Shown here piece by piece: positions 61,663 to 64,000 of a DNA stretch of 64,000 bases. The DNA lies in the NCBI GenBank assembly GCA_965246715.1, contig CBDFFH010000012.1:32001-96000 (forward strand), written 5' to 3'. The translations under genes and the position numbers were made by a program. This stretch comes from Chamaesiphon sp. GTDB taxonomy: Bacteria > Cyanobacteriota > Cyanobacteriia > Cyanobacteriales > Chamaesiphonaceae. Below the pieces are notes generated by a model. The model saw only the letters and a program-made list of their open reading frames with translations. It was not told where the DNA came from and searched no databases. Positions within the stretch are counted from its first letter, which is position 1; every line of letters begins with the position of its first letter.

Positions 61663-62478
61663 TTACTCCTGGCGCATGACTTGCAGAACCTGTCGTTTAA
61701 TCTCGATAAACTCTGGTGACAACTTGATCTCAAGTTCGCGATGTTCGGGTAGATGGATGGGAATCTCGCTCTTAACCTGACCCGGACGACAACTCAATAC
61801 ATATATCCGTTGGGACAGATAGATAGCTTCCTCAACATCGTGAGTAATCATCAGTACCGTCACAGGGGTTTTCGACCAGAGTTCTAGTAAAAATTCTTGC
61901 ATCTGTTCTTTGGTTTGAGCGTCCAAGGCACCAAATGGTTCGTCCATCAATAGCACAGCAGGTTCGTTCGCTAAGGCTCTGGCGATCGCTACCCGCTGTT
62001 TCATCCCACCTGATAACTGCTTGGGATAACTATGGGCAAATTTTTCTAGCCCCACCACATTCAGGAAGTAACCAACCTTGTCCCGCCGATCTGCTTTAGA
62101 CATGTGCTGAAATTGCAACCCAAAGGCAATATTCTGGGCAACTGTCAACCAGGGATAGAGCGTATAACCTTGAAACACCATGCCGCGATCGGAACCAGGT
62201 TTACCCGTGACCGATCGACCATCAACTAATACCGCTCCAGATGAAGGTGGCGTAAGTCCAGCGATAATATTGAGCAAAGTTGATTTGCCACAACCAGATG
62301 CTCCGACTAGGCAAATAAATTCTCTGGGGAAGATTTCAAGATTGATATCTTGCAGCACTGTTAACTGCTGACTGTCTCGGATGAGATAGGATTTGGAAAG
62401 ATTCTCAACCGCTAGTTTTGGGGCTTGGCGATCGGGTAACTTGAGGGCAATATTTTGGGCGAGTGTGCTGCTGTTCAT
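61663..62478 (-). CDS. NitT/TauT-family ABC ATP-binding protein
   Basis: GASGCGKS, LSGGMKQR, DEPFGALD and ITHD motifs. Confidence 0.95.
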   Translation of the reverse strand: MNSSTLAQNIALKLPDRQAPKLAVENLSKSYLIRDSQQLTVLQDINLEIFPREFICLVGASGCGKSTLLNIIAGLTPPSSGAVLVDGRSVTGKPGSDRGMVFQGYTLYPWLTVAQNIAFGLQFQHMSKADRRDKVGYFLNVVGLEKFAHSYPKQLSGGMKQRVAIARALANEPAVLLMDEPFGALDAQTKEQMQEFLLELWSKTPVTVLMITHDVEEAIYLSQRIYVLSCRPGQVKSEIPIHLPEHRELEIKLSPEFIEIKRQVLQVMRQE

Positions 62479-62643
62479 TGCTTATGGATAGTGATAAATC
62501 GCTAACGATTCAGAGCGTAAATGTATGTTTTCGAGAATTTCATAGATCGATCTAGGCTCTAGAATTCTTAGCCGCTCTGCACTCTGCTTTTAGTCGATCT
62601 ACTAACCTACAACTTATTAAATATCAGGATGGGGATCGCAAAA

Positions 62644-62674
62644 TGTTCCGAACGAACAATGTTAGTGGCGAACA
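62644..62674. promoter_or_regulatory. Tandem palindromic operator candidates TGTTM-N5-GAACA
   Basis: TGTTCCGAACGAACA (62644-58) and TGTTAGTGGCGAACA (62660-74) in the divergent promoter region. Confidence 0.45.
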
Positions 62675-62731
62675 CTCTCGATCGAGCTTTACCTGCTATT
62701 TTTTAAGACATCAATTTGCAGTTGTAAACGA

Positions 62732-63709
62732 TTGAAAATGTCACCTAGTAACAAAAACACTGCGGCAATTGCCTATACCTTCACTGCATATGTTCTCGGC
62801 ATTCTGTCGATCTGCTCTCCATCCTGGCAACTGAATGCACTTGGAGTAATCGCGATCGTCCATAGTTTAGTCACCGCCACCAATTTGGCGCACGAATTTA
62901 TTCACGGCAACATTTTCAAAGATCGCACAGCCAACGCTTGGTGGGGGCAGTTGATGACCCATCTGAATGGAGCTTGTTATGCTCCCTGGGAAAACTTGAC
63001 CGATTATCACCTCAACCATCATCTAGATCGGGCGGATGTGGTGAGATTGGATGCGATCGATTACATGAAACAGCTCCATCCCGTGCAGCGATCGATTTAT
63101 GTGGCGTTGGAGTGGTTGTACTTTCCCATCCTAGAGATGGATCTGCGCTGGCAGATTATTCTCGACCCCTGGCTGGATGAGAGCAAGCGATCGCGATTAG
63201 GCCGAAATTTGTTGCTCATCAGCTATCGGACTCTGGCCTTTAGTATCTTGGCCTGGATCTCGTGGCAGGCTGTTTTACTTTATTTTCTCGCCTATATTTC
63301 GTTTGTAAATGTGATGCGATTTGTGGATGCATTCCAGCACACTTATGAGTATGCGTTACCAGGACAGGAGTTAATTAAACGCGATCGTACATACGAGCAA
63401 GCCAACACTTTTTCTAACTTAGTATCCGTTCGATCTCCGTGGCTGAATTTGCTCTTGCTCAATTTTGGCTATCACAATGCCCATCACCACAACATGAGTT
63501 GTCCGTGGCACGATTTACCAGAATTACATAACAAGCTTTATGGGGATAGCGATCGCAATGTAATACCTCTATCTCAGCTAGTTTTCAACTATCATCGCTT
63601 TCGGATCGATCGATTATTTAATGGCCAAGGTGAGGTAAATACAGCAGCAGGCATCGATTTAAATAATTTTATTGGTGGTGTCACCGTTTCATTTTTGACT
63701 CCGCCATAA
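62732..63709 (+). CDS. Fatty-acid-desaturase-family membrane diiron enzyme
   Basis: His boxes HEFIH, HLNHH and HNAHH; FQH motif. Confidence 0.88.
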   Translation: MKMSPSNKNTAAIAYTFTAYVLGILSICSPSWQLNALGVIAIVHSLVTATNLAHEFIHGNIFKDRTANAWWGQLMTHLNGACYAPWENLTDYHLNHHLDRADVVRLDAIDYMKQLHPVQRSIYVALEWLYFPILEMDLRWQIILDPWLDESKRSRLGRNLLLISYRTLAFSILAWISWQAVLLYFLAYISFVNVMRFVDAFQHTYEYALPGQELIKRDRTYEQANTFSNLVSVRSPWLNLLLLNFGYHNAHHHNMSCPWHDLPELHNKLYGDSDRNVIPLSQLVFNYHRFRIDRLFNGQGEVNTAAGIDLNNFIGGVTVSFLTPP

Positions 63710-63751
63710 TTTCAGCCGGAGGCTATTTCTTTCGCTCGACACAAGCTAATT

Positions 63752-63840
63752 AATGTTAATTCTAGTTAAGGCTATTTGCTTCGTTCTAGTATCGCCAACG
63801 ATTTCAGTGTCTAGGCTCTTCATTATCCCGAACTGATGTT
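63752..63840. repeat. Degenerate copy of the AACGTCAGTTCGGG-type MITE
   Basis: TTATCCCGAACTGATGTT end, plus the reverse complement of the CTAGAACGAAGC..CCTTAAC segment seen at 47395-47420. Confidence 0.6.
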
Positions 63841-64000
63841 AATTAGGTTTCAATGCAATTAATACTTGTCCGGTAGACACCATTTGTCCTGGCTGACAAT
63901 AAACAGCCTCGATCGATCCCGCTTCATTAGCCTCGATCGTCATTTCCATTTTCATCGCTTCGAGGATGACTAGTCGATCTCCTGACTTCACCACATCGCC
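63839..64000 (-). CDS. C-terminal biotinyl-carrier domain, probably of urea (guanidine) carboxylase; partial
   Basis: GDVVKSGDRLVILEAMKMEMTIEA...GQMVSTGQVL with the EAMKM biotinylation motif. Enzyme identity is inferred from context. Confidence 0.65.
   Translation of the reverse strand, partial: GDVVKSGDRLVILEAMKMEMTIEANEAGSIEAVYCQPGQMVSTGQVLIALKPN

Noticed and set aside
62479..62731. Guanidine riboswitch ahead of the ABC operon
   Set aside because: I could not find ykkC-type (CTAGGGTTCCG...AAAAGCCCGGGAG) or paired ACG-loop motifs on either strand by eye.
1..64000. Extreme CGATCG/GCGATCGC density as a novel signal
   Set aside because: This is the known cyanobacterial HIP1 phenomenon; used only as taxonomic evidence.

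Overview
Cyanobacterial chromosome segment. Evidence: very dense CGATCG/GCGATCGC (HIP1) sites, ndhD, patD, Uma2 genes and heptamer tandem repeats. The style suggests a Chamaesiphon-like genome, but that is an inference. Core genes: ndhD, relA/spoT, patD, ackA, manC, a PfkB kinase, a PmbA/TldE protein, tRNA-Pro(CGG) and a probable 6S RNA. Mobile DNA: an ISL3 and an IS1, each splitting a gene with an 8-bp TSD; two MITE types sharing a REP-like core; 24-nt HIP1-targeted micro-insertions, two of them in frame inside genes; and a decayed TA/IS patch at 25.6-27.1 kb. Two candidate undescribed systems stand out. (1) At 9.9-11.2 kb, a signal-peptide protein with three Px-P[MI]INGx[IV]xxP repeats lies next to an 8-Cys cytoplasmic protein, followed by a decayed paralogue of the repeat protein (RiPP-like precursor/maturase pair). 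(2) At 50.3-64 kb, a partly decayed organic-nitrogen scavenging cluster encodes two gamma-glutamyl-amine-ligase-type GlnT proteins, two desaturase-family enzymes, a MetX-like hydrolase, an MBL hydrolase, a NitT/TauT ABC transporter and a probable urea-carboxylase C-terminus. Also notable: a 40-aa membrane ORF coupled to relA, a 45-aa lipoprotein ORF, an RHH-like/receiver fusion regulator, and two giant signal-peptide-less phosphatases with DUF4114-like tails. All family calls come from motif recognition; no database search was run.
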